Below are positions 1 to 9,356 of a stretch of DNA of 60,403 bases, piece after piece. Position 1 is the first letter of the stretch, and each line of letters starts with the position of its first letter. The translations under genes and the position numbers were made by a program. Under the pieces are notes generated by a model. The model had not been told where the DNA came from, ran no database searches, and saw only the letters and a list, made by a program, of their open reading frames with translations. This stretch comes from a virus (Duplodnaviria; Caudoviricetes): positions 1-60,403 of IMG/VR virus record IMGVR_UViG_3300021335_000018; one strand, written 5' to 3'.

Positions 1-675
1 AAGGTATTCCCACGTATTACGGTAATTTAAAACATGTCTTGTATGATCTACTACCTGCGCTAAAGGATAATCGTTTCCATCAGGGTCCATTCTATCACCG
101 AAAAACCAGGTAGTATCTTCTTCATCAAAATCTACAATAATTTGGCTTTTATCAGCACCCTTTGGAGCAATATCAATTCCTGTATCACCTCCGGGTCTAG
201 CATCTAAGTCGGGAAATGTTTTATTAAAATTACGGGCAATGATATCCCGTTCATTGTTTGCAGTATCCCATACTACATATTCGGCACGTTCTTCCATATT
301 AGCTTTACGCCCTACAATACTAAAGTTTACCATTCCGGTTCTATGTTCAAAATGTAATCCAGTGCGTTTAGCAAATTTACTTTCACTCAAACACTCAGCT
401 AAAAAGCTATGAGCATCTTCAGGTAATTGCCACTGATTTTTTCTGATATTTTTATCACCTTGCCAAACATCATTGCCTGAACAATTATACACTGTCTTAG
501 CAAGATTATAAGTATCTTTTCCTAGTTGTTCAACTGTTTTAGGTTTATCACTTCCTGTCACTAAGTAAACATAATTATGTCTACAGAATACATTAAAAAA
601 TTGCTTAAAATTAGAATCAATCGGACACCGGCTCGGCGTTAGTGTTCCGTCTACATCAAAAATAAATTTATTCAC
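1..675 (-). CDS. HAD-IIB phosphomannomutase-like hydrolase (runs off left edge)
   Basis: Not in ORF track. Manual translation from GTG at 675: VNKFIFDVDGTLTPSR...VTGSD...FFGDRMDPDGNDYPL. DxDGT and FFGD..GND are motifs of eukaryote-type PMM/HAD-IIB. Frame is open to position 1. Confidence 0.8.
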   Translation of the reverse strand, partial: MNKFIFDVDGTLTPSRCPIDSNFKQFFNVFCRHNYVYLVTGSDKPKTVEQLGKDTYNLAKTVYNCSGNDVWQGDKNIRKNQWQLPEDAHSFLAECLSESKFAKRTGLHFEHRTGMVNFSIVGRKANMEERAEYVVWDTANNERDIIARNFNKTFPDLDARPGGDTGIDIAPKGADKSQIIVDFDEEDTTWFFGDRMDPDGNDYPLAQVVDHTRHVLNYRNTWEYL

Positions 676-1072
676 AGACTCTTCTCCTTAGATCGCTAGA
701 ACTAAATCTATGATCTCTTTTATTGAAATGTAATTCAATGTCTCTTTTACGACAAATATCTTTACCAGTAAAGTCCTTATCTCTATACTCCTCACCTAAT
801 ATACGTACATCAATAGGATACATACTAAGAATATCTTCTAGGTCTTGTTCAGTGCCATAAGGTACAATTTCATCTACATACTCAACGCCCTTTAGTTGTG
901 TATAGCGTTCTACTATTGTTTGTACAGGAGCGTTCTTTTCTGCTCTATCTATACTTGGATCAACTTGTAATCCGCATATTAGATAATCACATTGTTCTTT
1001 TGCTTCACGTAACATAATGATATGTCCTGCGTGTAACAAATCAAATGTTGAACAAGTAAATCCTACTTTCAT
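668..1072 (-). CDS. Cytidylyltransferase (TagD/glycerol-3-phosphate CT-like)
   Basis: TFDLLHAGH (HxGH), ER..QL, C-terminal FSSSDLR. Confidence 0.85.
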   Translation of the reverse strand: MKVGFTCSTFDLLHAGHIIMLREAKEQCDYLICGLQVDPSIDRAEKNAPVQTIVERYTQLKGVEYVDEIVPYGTEQDLEDILSMYPIDVRILGEEYRDKDFTGKDICRKRDIELHFNKRDHRFSSSDLRRRVCE

Positions 1073-1317
1073 TTTTCGTCCTCGGGTAGTTTAATAACAT
1101 TGTTTTCGTTAGCAAGCATTTGTTCTTTAATATCGTACACTTGTTCATTTTTAATCATACTAATAATTGTATTTGTAAGATCAACTTCTCTTCTAAGCCA
1201 TCCTATTTTACGTTGTAGCTCGTCTAGTTCTTTCAAATAAAATTCTAGTTCTTGCTCTTTGCGTAACTTTTGTTCTATAAAATCGCTAATTAAGATAAGT
1301 TTTTGCTCTTCACTCAT
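1069..1317 (-). CDS. Hypothetical coiled-coil protein
   Basis: ORF track; ATGA overlaps with both neighbours. Confidence 0.7.
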   Translation of the reverse strand: MSEEQKLILISDFIEQKLRKEQELEFYLKELDELQRKIGWLRREVDLTNTIISMIKNEQVYDIKEQMLANENNVIKLPEDEK

Positions 1318-1442
1318 ATTTGACCTTTTAACACTTTCGCTATTGTATCAATAATATAGTTTTCAAATTCTGTAGGAATCCAGTTTTCTTCAGGAATTAA
1401 ACTATCGAATACTTCCCACATGGCATCTTGTTCTTCGCTCAT
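1314..1442 (-). CDS. Small hypothetical protein (42 aa, MSEEQDAMWEVFDSLIPEENW...)
   Basis: Manual translation; fills the gap after polB and ends in an ATGA overlap with the next gene. Confidence 0.55.
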   Translation of the reverse strand: MSEEQDAMWEVFDSLIPEENWIPTEFENYIIDTIAKVLKGQI

Positions 1443-1446
1443 TTTA

Positions 1447-4119
1447 TTAATCTCCAAAGTCAAACAAACTGTTAAATGTAGTATGCTGTTTTGTATCTTC
1501 TAGAGGATAGTCAAGCACACCAATCAAATTATCTAGTTTATTGTCAATAATTGTTTCAGCCATTGCTGCATCATCAAATGGCAATTCTTTGAACCATTCT
1601 GGCAAACGTAATTCATCTGTAGGATACGCAACACTTGTATAACCTAGCGGATTAGGTTTGAGCTTGCAAACAATAACTTTCATACCATCTACAATCTCTT
1701 GTGAATACTTGTCGCTATTCATACGTTTGAGCGTATTCCAGTTGATGCTTGCTCTTACGTGCCCTGGCATATTAGCCTTGCCTTGCTTTTGTTCTAGTCT
1801 TTGGTAATGACCAATCTTGTTTGCACGTTTAGGCGAACCTTTCTCCCAGCCCGGCATCTCTTGGAACTCTTTACGGAATTTCGTAATGCGTTCTAGTACG
1901 TCTGCTTGCGGAACATCTGTAAGCACCATTAATAATAGTTCTTTTAAGAAGTCTTGCATAAACACAGGTGTGTCTGATCTACGCAAGTCTAAGCCCATTG
2001 CTTTTACTTTCCCAGGCTTTCCGTCTACATCTGTTCTAAAGCCTTCGTTATCAATTACTAAGGCCGCATAGCGTTTCTTAGTAATATACAAACCTGACTG
2101 TGCAACAATTTCTCTACCTGCTGCAATAACATCTGAACGTGTCTTTGGACAATGAAATGCTCGTGCCATAAATTCAGGAAATGTTGTGTTTGCTTGCTCG
2201 CAAACTTGATCCATTAACGTGATACATTTTTCTTTAGACCATTCGAGATTGCCGCTTTCTACATCATCTTTTAGAATAGGCCAGGCGCTGAAATAACAAG
2301 AATCTGTATCACCATAGATCATTGCTTTGCCTACGTGATCGTATTCGCCTGTAATAGTTTTGTTTACTTCGGCACTCATATGCTTCACAATAGTACGCCC
2401 CGAAAGCGTAGTTGACTGTCCTATACGTTTGTCAAAAAATCTACAGCCAGGATTAAGAATGGCCCCATAAAGAGAGTTAAGATTAATTTTTTTAACAAGT
2501 TGTCTTTTGTCCCAATATTCAATTTCTGCTTTGTTTTCTGCATCCTTGGCTTTCTTAAGCATCTTTTGCATGTCTTTACGCTCTGCATACCAACGCTTTA
2601 GGATACCAGGAATAACGCCTTCAAATTCTGTAGTAAAAATAGTACCATTAGAACTTAACATCCAAGGCATTTGACTATCGAAAATTAACTGATAAATCTC
2701 CGCACCCGATAGTACATCCGACCTACCATCCTCCCAATCAATTGTAAGCGCAATATCTTTACGCTGGTCCATAACTGCTTCGTATTCTTCTGTTGCAAAA
2801 CGTCCTTCCCAACTACCTGCAAATGATTTTTTCTTTAGAGTCATATCTTCATGTACACGAGCATCTGAAATCTCAGGACGTATTTGTCCTACAATGGTTT
2901 CAGGCGCCATATTCAACGCTCGAATCACACTCGGATACAGTGAGTTCAAGTCCATTGAAGCAATCCATTTGTGCAATCCTTTTTTAGGAAACGCAACATA
3001 CGCACCTGCGGCTTGTGTGTTTTCTGTATCATCACGCTTAGGGCGATTAGGAACACGTAAATCTCTATTGTGTGCTTCGTTAATAATTCCTTGTTCTGTA
3101 ACTGCAACGGCACCCATAGTGGTTTGTAGCAACACAGTATTTTCGTGTGCAATGCTGTTACTAAGATCAATGAATCTTAGTTTTTTGTCCAGCTTGTCCA
3201 GTAGTGCGGTATCTTGTATGTTGTATTCGATGAACTTTCTAAAGTCATTGTTATACAACTGATCCAAAGTGCCTTCATAAGGGACTTTGTTTTCACCAAC
3301 TTCGATTTCACCGATAGCGTCAAGTCTATAAGTATGTCTTTCTTCATATGTGTATTTACGATATAATTCCAAACTATCTAAATGCACTCTGCCTATTAGG
3401 TCAAAGGTAACAGCTGATTTTCCGTATTTTTCATATTCACGTTTTTTAGGCAATTGACCCCATAAACAAAACCGTCTTGTGTCGTCTTTGCTTAGTACAC
3501 GACTAGTTCTATTAACAGTGTATGGAATATCATAACCTTCACTATTCCAACCTGACAAAATATCAGCATCTTCAATTAGTGTTAAGAACGTGTCAATCAT
3601 ATCACCTTCACGTTCAAACAGCATTACGTTGTCTATGCCTTCAAGTTCTGCTTTTGCTTGTTCCATAGTAAGCGTCTTAGGTGGAACAGCCAAGCACACC
3701 ATTGTCTCTAACCATTGTAAGTATACAGATATAGACGTAATGGGCATAAACGGATCTGCTGGATCAGCGAAGCCGCGCTCTGGATCAAAGTCTGTCTCAA
3801 TATCGAAGAACGCAATGTTTAGTTTAGGTGCATCTTGGTTGAGATAATGCTCACTTAAACATTGAAAGATTGGATTGATATCGCTTTCAAACAAATTTTT
3901 GCTTTTGTTAATAGCTACTTCTTTGCGAAAGTCTTTTGTATTTTTGCAAACAATACGTGTAAGAGGATCGCCGTATACACTTTTGTATTTGCCTTTTGGG
4001 TCTTCGTAGTAAAAAGTATACTTTGCAGGATATTCGGTGTATTTTCTTTTACCATCTCTGCGTTCTACAACACGGATAATATCCTGATCGCGATCGAACA
4101 TCGCGTCTACATATGGCAT
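1447..4119 (-). CDS. Family B DNA polymerase (T4 gp43-like)
   Basis: Exo I FFDIETD, Exo II GWNSEGYD, SMDLNSLYPS, KKINLNSLYG, YGDTDS, KKRYA; RBS GAGGAG. Confidence 0.97.
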   Translation of the reverse strand: MPYVDAMFDRDQDIIRVVERRDGKRKYTEYPAKYTFYYEDPKGKYKSVYGDPLTRIVCKNTKDFRKEVAINKSKNLFESDINPIFQCLSEHYLNQDAPKLNIAFFDIETDFDPERGFADPADPFMPITSISVYLQWLETMVCLAVPPKTLTMEQAKAELEGIDNVMLFEREGDMIDTFLTLIEDADILSGWNSEGYDIPYTVNRTSRVLSKDDTRRFCLWGQLPKKREYEKYGKSAVTFDLIGRVHLDSLELYRKYTYEERHTYRLDAIGEIEVGENKVPYEGTLDQLYNNDFRKFIEYNIQDTALLDKLDKKLRFIDLSNSIAHENTVLLQTTMGAVAVTEQGIINEAHNRDLRVPNRPKRDDTENTQAAGAYVAFPKKGLHKWIASMDLNSLYPSVIRALNMAPETIVGQIRPEISDARVHEDMTLKKKSFAGSWEGRFATEEYEAVMDQRKDIALTIDWEDGRSDVLSGAEIYQLIFDSQMPWMLSSNGTIFTTEFEGVIPGILKRWYAERKDMQKMLKKAKDAENKAEIEYWDKRQLVKKINLNSLYGAILNPGCRFFDKRIGQSTTLSGRTIVKHMSAEVNKTITGEYDHVGKAMIYGDTDSCYFSAWPILKDDVESGNLEWSKEKCITLMDQVCEQANTTFPEFMARAFHCPKTRSDVIAAGREIVAQSGLYITKKRYAALVIDNEGFRTDVDGKPGKVKAMGLDLRRSDTPVFMQDFLKELLLMVLTDVPQADVLERITKFRKEFQEMPGWEKGSPKRANKIGHYQRLEQKQGKANMPGHVRASINWNTLKRMNSDKYSQEIVDGMKVIVCKLKPNPLGYTSVAYPTDELRLPEWFKELPFDDAAMAETIIDNKLDNLIGVLDYPLEDTKQHTTFNSLFDFGD

Positions 4120-4198
4120 ATAATTTTCTCCTCGTTGCTTGTGGCCAACTTAACCTTCATACTTGCCTGGCTATTGCCATTAGCGTTATATCTATTTA

Positions 4199-4480
4199 TT
4201 ACCACCAACCGGCAGCTACTCCAAATCCGAACACATTAACACACGCAAAATATCCGGTTAGGAGCATAATCCAAGCTGCACCTCGTCTCCAACTTGCATA
4301 AACTTGTGTTATACTACCGACAAAAAATCCTGGGTATACTATAAGCATATTAGGATCGTCTGCACTGATAGCAAGTGTCATGCTTGCTGCTACAGTAAAT
4401 ATAAAACTTATAAGTTCAAATGCAAAAGCAGTCTTATCGCTACGGTAACTGTTCAGCCAAAAATCTTTAACTTTTTGCAT
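4199..4480 (-). CDS. Small membrane protein
   Basis: Three hydrophobic segments. Confidence 0.7.
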   Translation of the reverse strand: MQKVKDFWLNSYRSDKTAFAFELISFIFTVAASMTLAISADDPNMLIVYPGFFVGSITQVYASWRRGAAWIMLLTGYFACVNVFGFGVAAGWW

Positions 4481-4482
4481 AC

Positions 4483-4743
4483 TTATTTGTCATAACCTAA
4501 TAGAGTAACAATGGCTTCCAATTCGCCAAATTCATTGTTATGATTTTCCCAATCATGGTTTTTTGCAACTTTAATTGCTTTGTTAATTAAACTAGGTTTT
4601 ATGTCCATTTCTTCTGCAATGGCCTTAACTGTTTCTTTCAATCCCATTTGAAGGTCTTCAACTTCTTGAAGCACAGTTACTCCTTCTCTAACAAGTCTTT
4701 CTAATTTTGCCTTTTCTTCTGGTCCGTAAGAACGTCCGCTCAT
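4483..4743 (-). CDS. Putative dsDNA-binding protein (T4 DsbA/GapR-like)
   Basis: Helical pattern KLERLV..LQEVEDL..LKE...IAEE.DIKP..INKAIK; family recognised by eye only. Confidence 0.55.
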   Translation of the reverse strand: MSGRSYGPEEKAKLERLVREGVTVLQEVEDLQMGLKETVKAIAEEMDIKPSLINKAIKVAKNHDWENHNNEFGELEAIVTLLGYDK

Positions 4744-4767
4744 GTGATTCTCCTATTAATTTAATTA

Positions 4768-4796
4768 ATTATATATTATTGTGATGAAAATGTCAA
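4768..4796 (-). promoter_or_regulatory. Sigma70-type promoter
   Basis: TTGACA-17 nt-TATAAT on minus strand. Confidence 0.85.
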
Positions 4797-4809
4797 CCTA
4801 AAATTTAGG

Positions 4810-5547
4810 TTATTTGAAAGGCTTCTCGCCGACTTCTTGCTTGTAAATATCTATACAAGTGTCAAGCCAGGCAGCAAATATATTTTGAACTCTTTGTGTT
4901 CTAATAAGTCCATCATCTGCTAGGTCTTTTTTGATTGTATCGTTATATTTAATAAACAATCGTTGTAGAATGTTTACTTTTTCGTTCCCATCTTTGTCAG
5001 TTCCTGGGAGCTTCCAAAATTCTGCAAATTTTGGAGTAGCACGTTTATTAAATTCTGCAATAAGTGCTTTATAGTATGCACGAGCTTCGTCTGCGTTTAG
5101 ATCTATTTTTTCAGGCACAGGCACCCATGTTGCTATCATACTTAATGTTCCGGTCTTATCTACCTTAGTAGTAACAGGATCTTCTCCTGCTTGTGGTTTT
5201 TTGATATTTGATTTTTTTGCTCTATGCGGTGCTAGTATGTCATAAATTTTTTGCCAATCTAAATTTGGGCCTGCTACACCTGTTTGTATTCCATAAAGTT
5301 GTGCATCAGATGACCAATCTGCAGGACTAACATTACGAGAATTTTGCCCTAAAAGATCATTTAAATCTTGCAATGCGCCATATTTTCGTTCGTCAGTTTT
5401 ACCTTTTAAAAAGTCAGCCGCTAGAAAAGTAAAAATATTAAACCATTCTTGCTGAGTAAATGCTTTCTTTAATGCTTCAGCAGTGTCAATTGAATCTGCT
5501 TCGCCTAGCATCTCTGGCTGTTCATATATGATATCAAAAACGTTCAT
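4810..5547 (-). CDS. Hypothetical, probable internal head protein
   Basis: ORF track; N-terminus MNVFDIIYE..LGEA resembles neighbours. Confidence 0.65.
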   Translation of the reverse strand: MNVFDIIYEQPEMLGEADSIDTAEALKKAFTQQEWFNIFTFLAADFLKGKTDERKYGALQDLNDLLGQNSRNVSPADWSSDAQLYGIQTGVAGPNLDWQKIYDILAPHRAKKSNIKKPQAGEDPVTTKVDKTGTLSMIATWVPVPEKIDLNADEARAYYKALIAEFNKRATPKFAEFWKLPGTDKDGNEKVNILQRLFIKYNDTIKKDLADDGLIRTQRVQNIFAAWLDTCIDIYKQEVGEKPFK

Positions 5548-6215
5548 TAAAAATCTGCCGCTTGATTTGCTGCAATATTGTCAAGTGCGTTTGTGCCCAT
5601 TCCTGGCTTAACCATTCCTGAAGTTCTAGTGTTAGACCCTGCACTAGTAACCTTTGCTGCTGGTACGTTTGCCTTGCCTATTGGTGCTTGTGATCTTAGT
5701 GCTTGCGTAATAAGTTCAAGCGAATTTATTTTAAAATTTTTGTCATCACCACCTAAGTATTTTTTATTAATATACCCATAGGCTGCTTCGCGAACTCTTA
5801 AATCAATTGTTCCTTTTAAAGCTCTACGTTTGGCCGAACTTGGTTTGTAGTCTTTTGCTGCTGCGGTAAATAATTGCGCACCTGCTTTTCTAGTCATGTT
5901 ATAAATTTTTGAATGAATCTGTTGTGGATCAGCACCGCGCTTTCCTAATTCTGCGTCAATGTCTCGGCTTAATTTTGATTTACCCGATCTTACTGCCTCA
6001 ACAGCGTTTTTGACAAACTGTCGCATATTTGCAGCCTTATTTCCTGCTACAAGATCACCGTCTTTACCATCAAGTTTTCCTGTAACATCTCCGCCTGTTT
6101 TTTCGGGTGCACCTGCTGTGCTAAATGATGCATATGCTTTTAGTGCAGCCTTAATCTTTGCTAGATCTTTTGGACTTACTTTTTCTAATAGTTCTGTAAT
6201 TTCAAATATATTCAT
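5547..6215 (-). CDS. Hypothetical, probable internal head protein
   Basis: N-terminus MNIFEITELLE; KLDGKDGDL motif shared with the adjacent gene. Confidence 0.65.
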   Translation of the reverse strand: MNIFEITELLEKVSPKDLAKIKAALKAYASFSTAGAPEKTGGDVTGKLDGKDGDLVAGNKAANMRQFVKNAVEAVRSGKSKLSRDIDAELGKRGADPQQIHSKIYNMTRKAGAQLFTAAAKDYKPSSAKRRALKGTIDLRVREAAYGYINKKYLGGDDKNFKINSLELITQALRSQAPIGKANVPAAKVTSAGSNTRTSGMVKPGMGTNALDNIAANQAADF

Positions 6216-6224
6216 TGTACTTCC

Positions 6225-8471
6225 TTAAAAGTCTGATACTGGTAGTCCAGTATCAGCGGGCGTAGGCGTTCCTACAGGTTTTTTATTTGCTGCACCAATA
6301 ATTTCCTTGAAAAGTCTTTGTTCTTCCGCACTCAGTTGTGGCAGAATTTCATCTGCAAATTCTGCAAACTGTTTTACTACCTTCGCCGCTTCATCTTGTG
6401 TCTTAAATACTGGTGCTTTACCAGTTGAAAGATCTCCTTTTTTAACATCTAACTTGCTTGAAGGCTCGTCTGTTGTTTTATTTGTTGGTTCGGTTGTTGT
6501 TTTATCTGTGTCTGAAGCAGTGCTAGATCCGCCGTTGAGTCTTGTAGCTTCTGCTTCTGCTTCTGCTTTTTCTTTTTTACCGAATTGCGCTACAGTATTT
6601 CCGTTTGCATCTTTAACATCGTAACCAAACAATCTGTTGTTACCTTGTCCTCCTTTGCGAGGAACTACAGTAAATTTAGTTGTTTTATCTGTTGGTTCGG
6701 TTGTTGTTTTATTTGTTGGTTCGGTTGTTGTTTTATTTGTTGGTTCGGTTGTTGTTTTATTTGTTGGTTCGGTTGTTGTTTTATTAGTTGCTTTGTATTC
6801 TTCTTCCGATGGAAGATTAGTAGGACCAGAGCCTCTACCACTACTTACTTCGTTACCATCTTTGTCGAAAGTCTTGTAACTTTTTCCTTGGCCGCTGCCT
6901 GTAACTGTTTTATAAACAGCATCCGTTGGTTCAACTGCAGATCCTGAACTCATATCACCATCTTTACCGTCTAACTTACCTGTTAGTTCTCCGCCACTTG
7001 TTGTATCCCCGCTAGTGCTTAGGTCACCATCCTTACCGTCGAGTTTATCTGACGGTTTGCCTGCTGCTACATCTTTTGTTGCTTCTTTTGCTTTTTCAAC
7101 AGCAGCCATATATCTGTCTAAACTTACTTTAGGCATTGCCGCAGCAAATTCTGCGTCATTTAGTAAACTGTCGTATTTGTCTAGTATGCTTTTAAGTTCT
7201 TCTTTTTCTGCATCACTTAGTGCTTCGTCTAGTCTACGTAGTGTTTCTAAAATACTAGACATTGAACTCATATCAGTGCTTTCTTTTGCACCAATTTTTC
7301 CTACTAATGTTTCTAGTCTATCCATGTCTTTGCGGAACTGTACAAAGTCTGTACCACCTTTAAACATGAAACTTCTTAGTTTGATAATTTGTCCAATAGT
7401 CTCTGGACCAGCATCTCCATCAACTGCTGCACCAAAGTATTTTTGGAATGCTTTTACGCCTTTGATCGTTGCACGACCGTATTTGCCATCTACTGTTCCT
7501 GTATCAAAACCTAGATCATTTAGATATTGTTGTAGTTCTTTGATAGCTTCTACTTCTTCGGGATCGTTTGCAAGTCCACCTTTATCTGATTTTGCAAACT
7601 TAGCTAAACTACCGCTTACTACTTTAGCTGCCTTTTTAGGTTCTGGAGTAGAATTATCTTTTGAGTCGGCATCTAACTCGTCACTAGTTTGTGGAGCATC
7701 TTTTTCACCTGGATCGCCATCAGTTGGAGTAACCTTCACTGGTTCTTTTTCACCTTGTGAGCTTGCTCTTTGCTGCCTAATACCTGCTACTGCATCTGTC
7801 ACTCTAGGAATTTGTGCATTGATCATTCTCCGATTGACATTTGAGAGGTTGGGATTTCTTACTAACAATTTTAAATCAGCGACTATTCCCATTAATTCGT
7901 TTTGTTCATCTGAAGTAAGTTTTCTTTCATTCAAGATACCGGAGTTTCTCAGTATGTTTGCTGATTCTTCTAAAGCATCTAGTAGTTGGATCAGTCTTTT
8001 AATACGTTTTGTAGCTTCTTTATCAGCAGTTGCTTTGTCAGCATTTCTCAAAAATTGGTTAGGACTATCTGCTTTTTTTGCACTTACTTGTGTAGACTTA
8101 GTTAAACCATTGTCTTTAGGAGTGTCTGCATCTTTTTGTGGTTCTTTTTTTGCTTGCATGTCAGCAAACGTAACACCTTTTGGATATTCTTTTAGTTTGC
8201 CATTGATAATTTCACCGTCTACACTAGCAGGATTCCAAGCTGCTCTGTTATTAACATTGCCAGTCCATCTTGCAATTTTTCTTTTTCCTGACTCATTATC
8301 AGTTGTCATATGGAAAAATTTGCCTTTATAGAACATTAATTTGGTGTGCGCATTTTTTTTACCAAGAAGACCACTTGCATTACTTAGGTGAAAATGCGTA
8401 GGCTTAAACTTTGTCGGAGTTTTTGCTTCTCTAAGTTTTTCAGTATCAGCTAAAACAGTCTTGAAATCCAT
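6225..8471 (-). CDS. Large low-complexity protein with peptidoglycan-binding domain
   Basis: IKELQQYLNDLGF..VDGKYG..T..VKAFQ...VDGDAGPET is a PG_binding_1 pattern; TNKTTTEP and KLDGKDGD repeats. Confidence 0.75.
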   Translation of the reverse strand: MDFKTVLADTEKLREAKTPTKFKPTHFHLSNASGLLGKKNAHTKLMFYKGKFFHMTTDNESGKRKIARWTGNVNNRAAWNPASVDGEIINGKLKEYPKGVTFADMQAKKEPQKDADTPKDNGLTKSTQVSAKKADSPNQFLRNADKATADKEATKRIKRLIQLLDALEESANILRNSGILNERKLTSDEQNELMGIVADLKLLVRNPNLSNVNRRMINAQIPRVTDAVAGIRQQRASSQGEKEPVKVTPTDGDPGEKDAPQTSDELDADSKDNSTPEPKKAAKVVSGSLAKFAKSDKGGLANDPEEVEAIKELQQYLNDLGFDTGTVDGKYGRATIKGVKAFQKYFGAAVDGDAGPETIGQIIKLRSFMFKGGTDFVQFRKDMDRLETLVGKIGAKESTDMSSMSSILETLRRLDEALSDAEKEELKSILDKYDSLLNDAEFAAAMPKVSLDRYMAAVEKAKEATKDVAAGKPSDKLDGKDGDLSTSGDTTSGGELTGKLDGKDGDMSSGSAVEPTDAVYKTVTGSGQGKSYKTFDKDGNEVSSGRGSGPTNLPSEEEYKATNKTTTEPTNKTTTEPTNKTTTEPTNKTTTEPTDKTTKFTVVPRKGGQGNNRLFGYDVKDANGNTVAQFGKKEKAEAEAEATRLNGGSSTASDTDKTTTEPTNKTTDEPSSKLDVKKGDLSTGKAPVFKTQDEAAKVVKQFAEFADEILPQLSAEEQRLFKEIIGAANKKPVGTPTPADTGLPVSDF
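6691..6786. repeat. 24-bp tandem repeat x4 (coding, NKTTTEPT), plus a dispersed copy near 6472-6508
   Basis: GTTGGTTCGGTTGTTGTTTTATTT repeated head to tail. Confidence 0.9.
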
Positions 8472-8472
8472 A

Positions 8473-8811
8473 TTAATTTCCTTTCGCTGTTTTTGCTTTA
8501 AGTAATTTTGTTAACGATTCTTTATAGCTTGTTTCTTCTGCAACAGTTTGTTCTTTAAATTTCATATCATAATCTAAATTATGGTATACAGAATCCATAT
8601 AATCTGCTGCTTTAGTAATCTTAGCTTGTTGCCATCCTTCAATGCCTTGCGACTCAGATACACCTTTTAGCATGTCATGTAATTTTATTGCATACTTTGC
8701 AATTTTATATAGGTCAGCACGAGCCATTTGTACTTCGTGATCCATTTCAGCTCTGTTAGCAAGATCTGCTAATCCACCTTCATTGACCTTTTTTAGATCT
8801 TGTTTGCGCAT
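8473..8811 (-). CDS. Hypothetical phage protein
   Basis: DHEVQMARADLYK...LHDML...WQQAKITKAADY; TAAATA box upstream at 8841-8846. Confidence 0.7.
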   Translation of the reverse strand: MRKQDLKKVNEGGLADLANRAEMDHEVQMARADLYKIAKYAIKLHDMLKGVSESQGIEGWQQAKITKAADYMDSVYHNLDYDMKFKEQTVAEETSYKESLTKLLKAKTAKGN

Positions 8812-8843
8812 TTAAGTACTCCGATATAACGTATTTGTAGTAT

Positions 8844-9197
8844 TTATCTCTTAATAGCTTTTCCGCCCATAATATTATCTTTAACATCAAGTGCGTTTTT
8901 AGCAGTACCGTCTGCATTAGTTTTTTGAGGTGCTTTAGGAGCGCCATATCTACCCGTAGATGAAATTTTTCTTTTAGCACCTGGAACACTTGCAATAGTT
9001 CCTATATCACTAGCACTCGTAGTAGATGCAGCTACATCTTCATTCATCTTTACTTCTTTAATTTCGTTGCCGCAACAGCTACATTTTTGGCCTACTTCTT
9101 CCAAAGTATGCTTCCCTGCACAATGAGAGCAACTATCTGCTGTACATCCACAGCTTGCTCCTATTCCAGCCTTTTCAAGTAGTTCATTTATCTTCAT
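8844..9197 (-). CDS. Hypothetical, probable head protein with Cys cluster
   Basis: Likely start MKINELLEK at 9197 (RBS GGAGG); CGC..CSHC..CSCC. Confidence 0.65.
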   Translation of the reverse strand: MKINELLEKAGIGASCGCTADSCSHCAGKHTLEEVGQKCSCCGNEIKEVKMNEDVAASTTSASDIGTIASVPGAKRKISSTGRYGAPKAPQKTNADGTAKNALDVKDNIMGGKAIKR

Positions 9198-9356
9198 TGT
9201 ATTTCCTCCAATAGGCATTACGTTTATTAGTACTTAGCCGTTTTTCCTCGTGGTCTTTAAGTTTTGCAACATAGTGCGACCATTGTTCTACAGTAACATC
9301 ATCATGGCCGATTAAATTATGCCAATGTGTATTATATCCATCTGGATATAGTTCTA

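Noticed and set aside
1447-4119. Intein or intron in the DNA polymerase
   Set aside because: Motifs are contiguous at normal length; no splice-junction or homing-endonuclease motifs seen.
6691-6786. 24-bp repeats as a CRISPR array
   Set aside because: Head-to-tail with no spacers, in frame within a CDS; no cas genes seen.
7015-8331. 438-aa plus-strand ORF and the many other antisense ORFs in the track
   Set aside because: Shadows of minus-strand genes, Ser/Leu/Phe-rich, no RBS or motifs.
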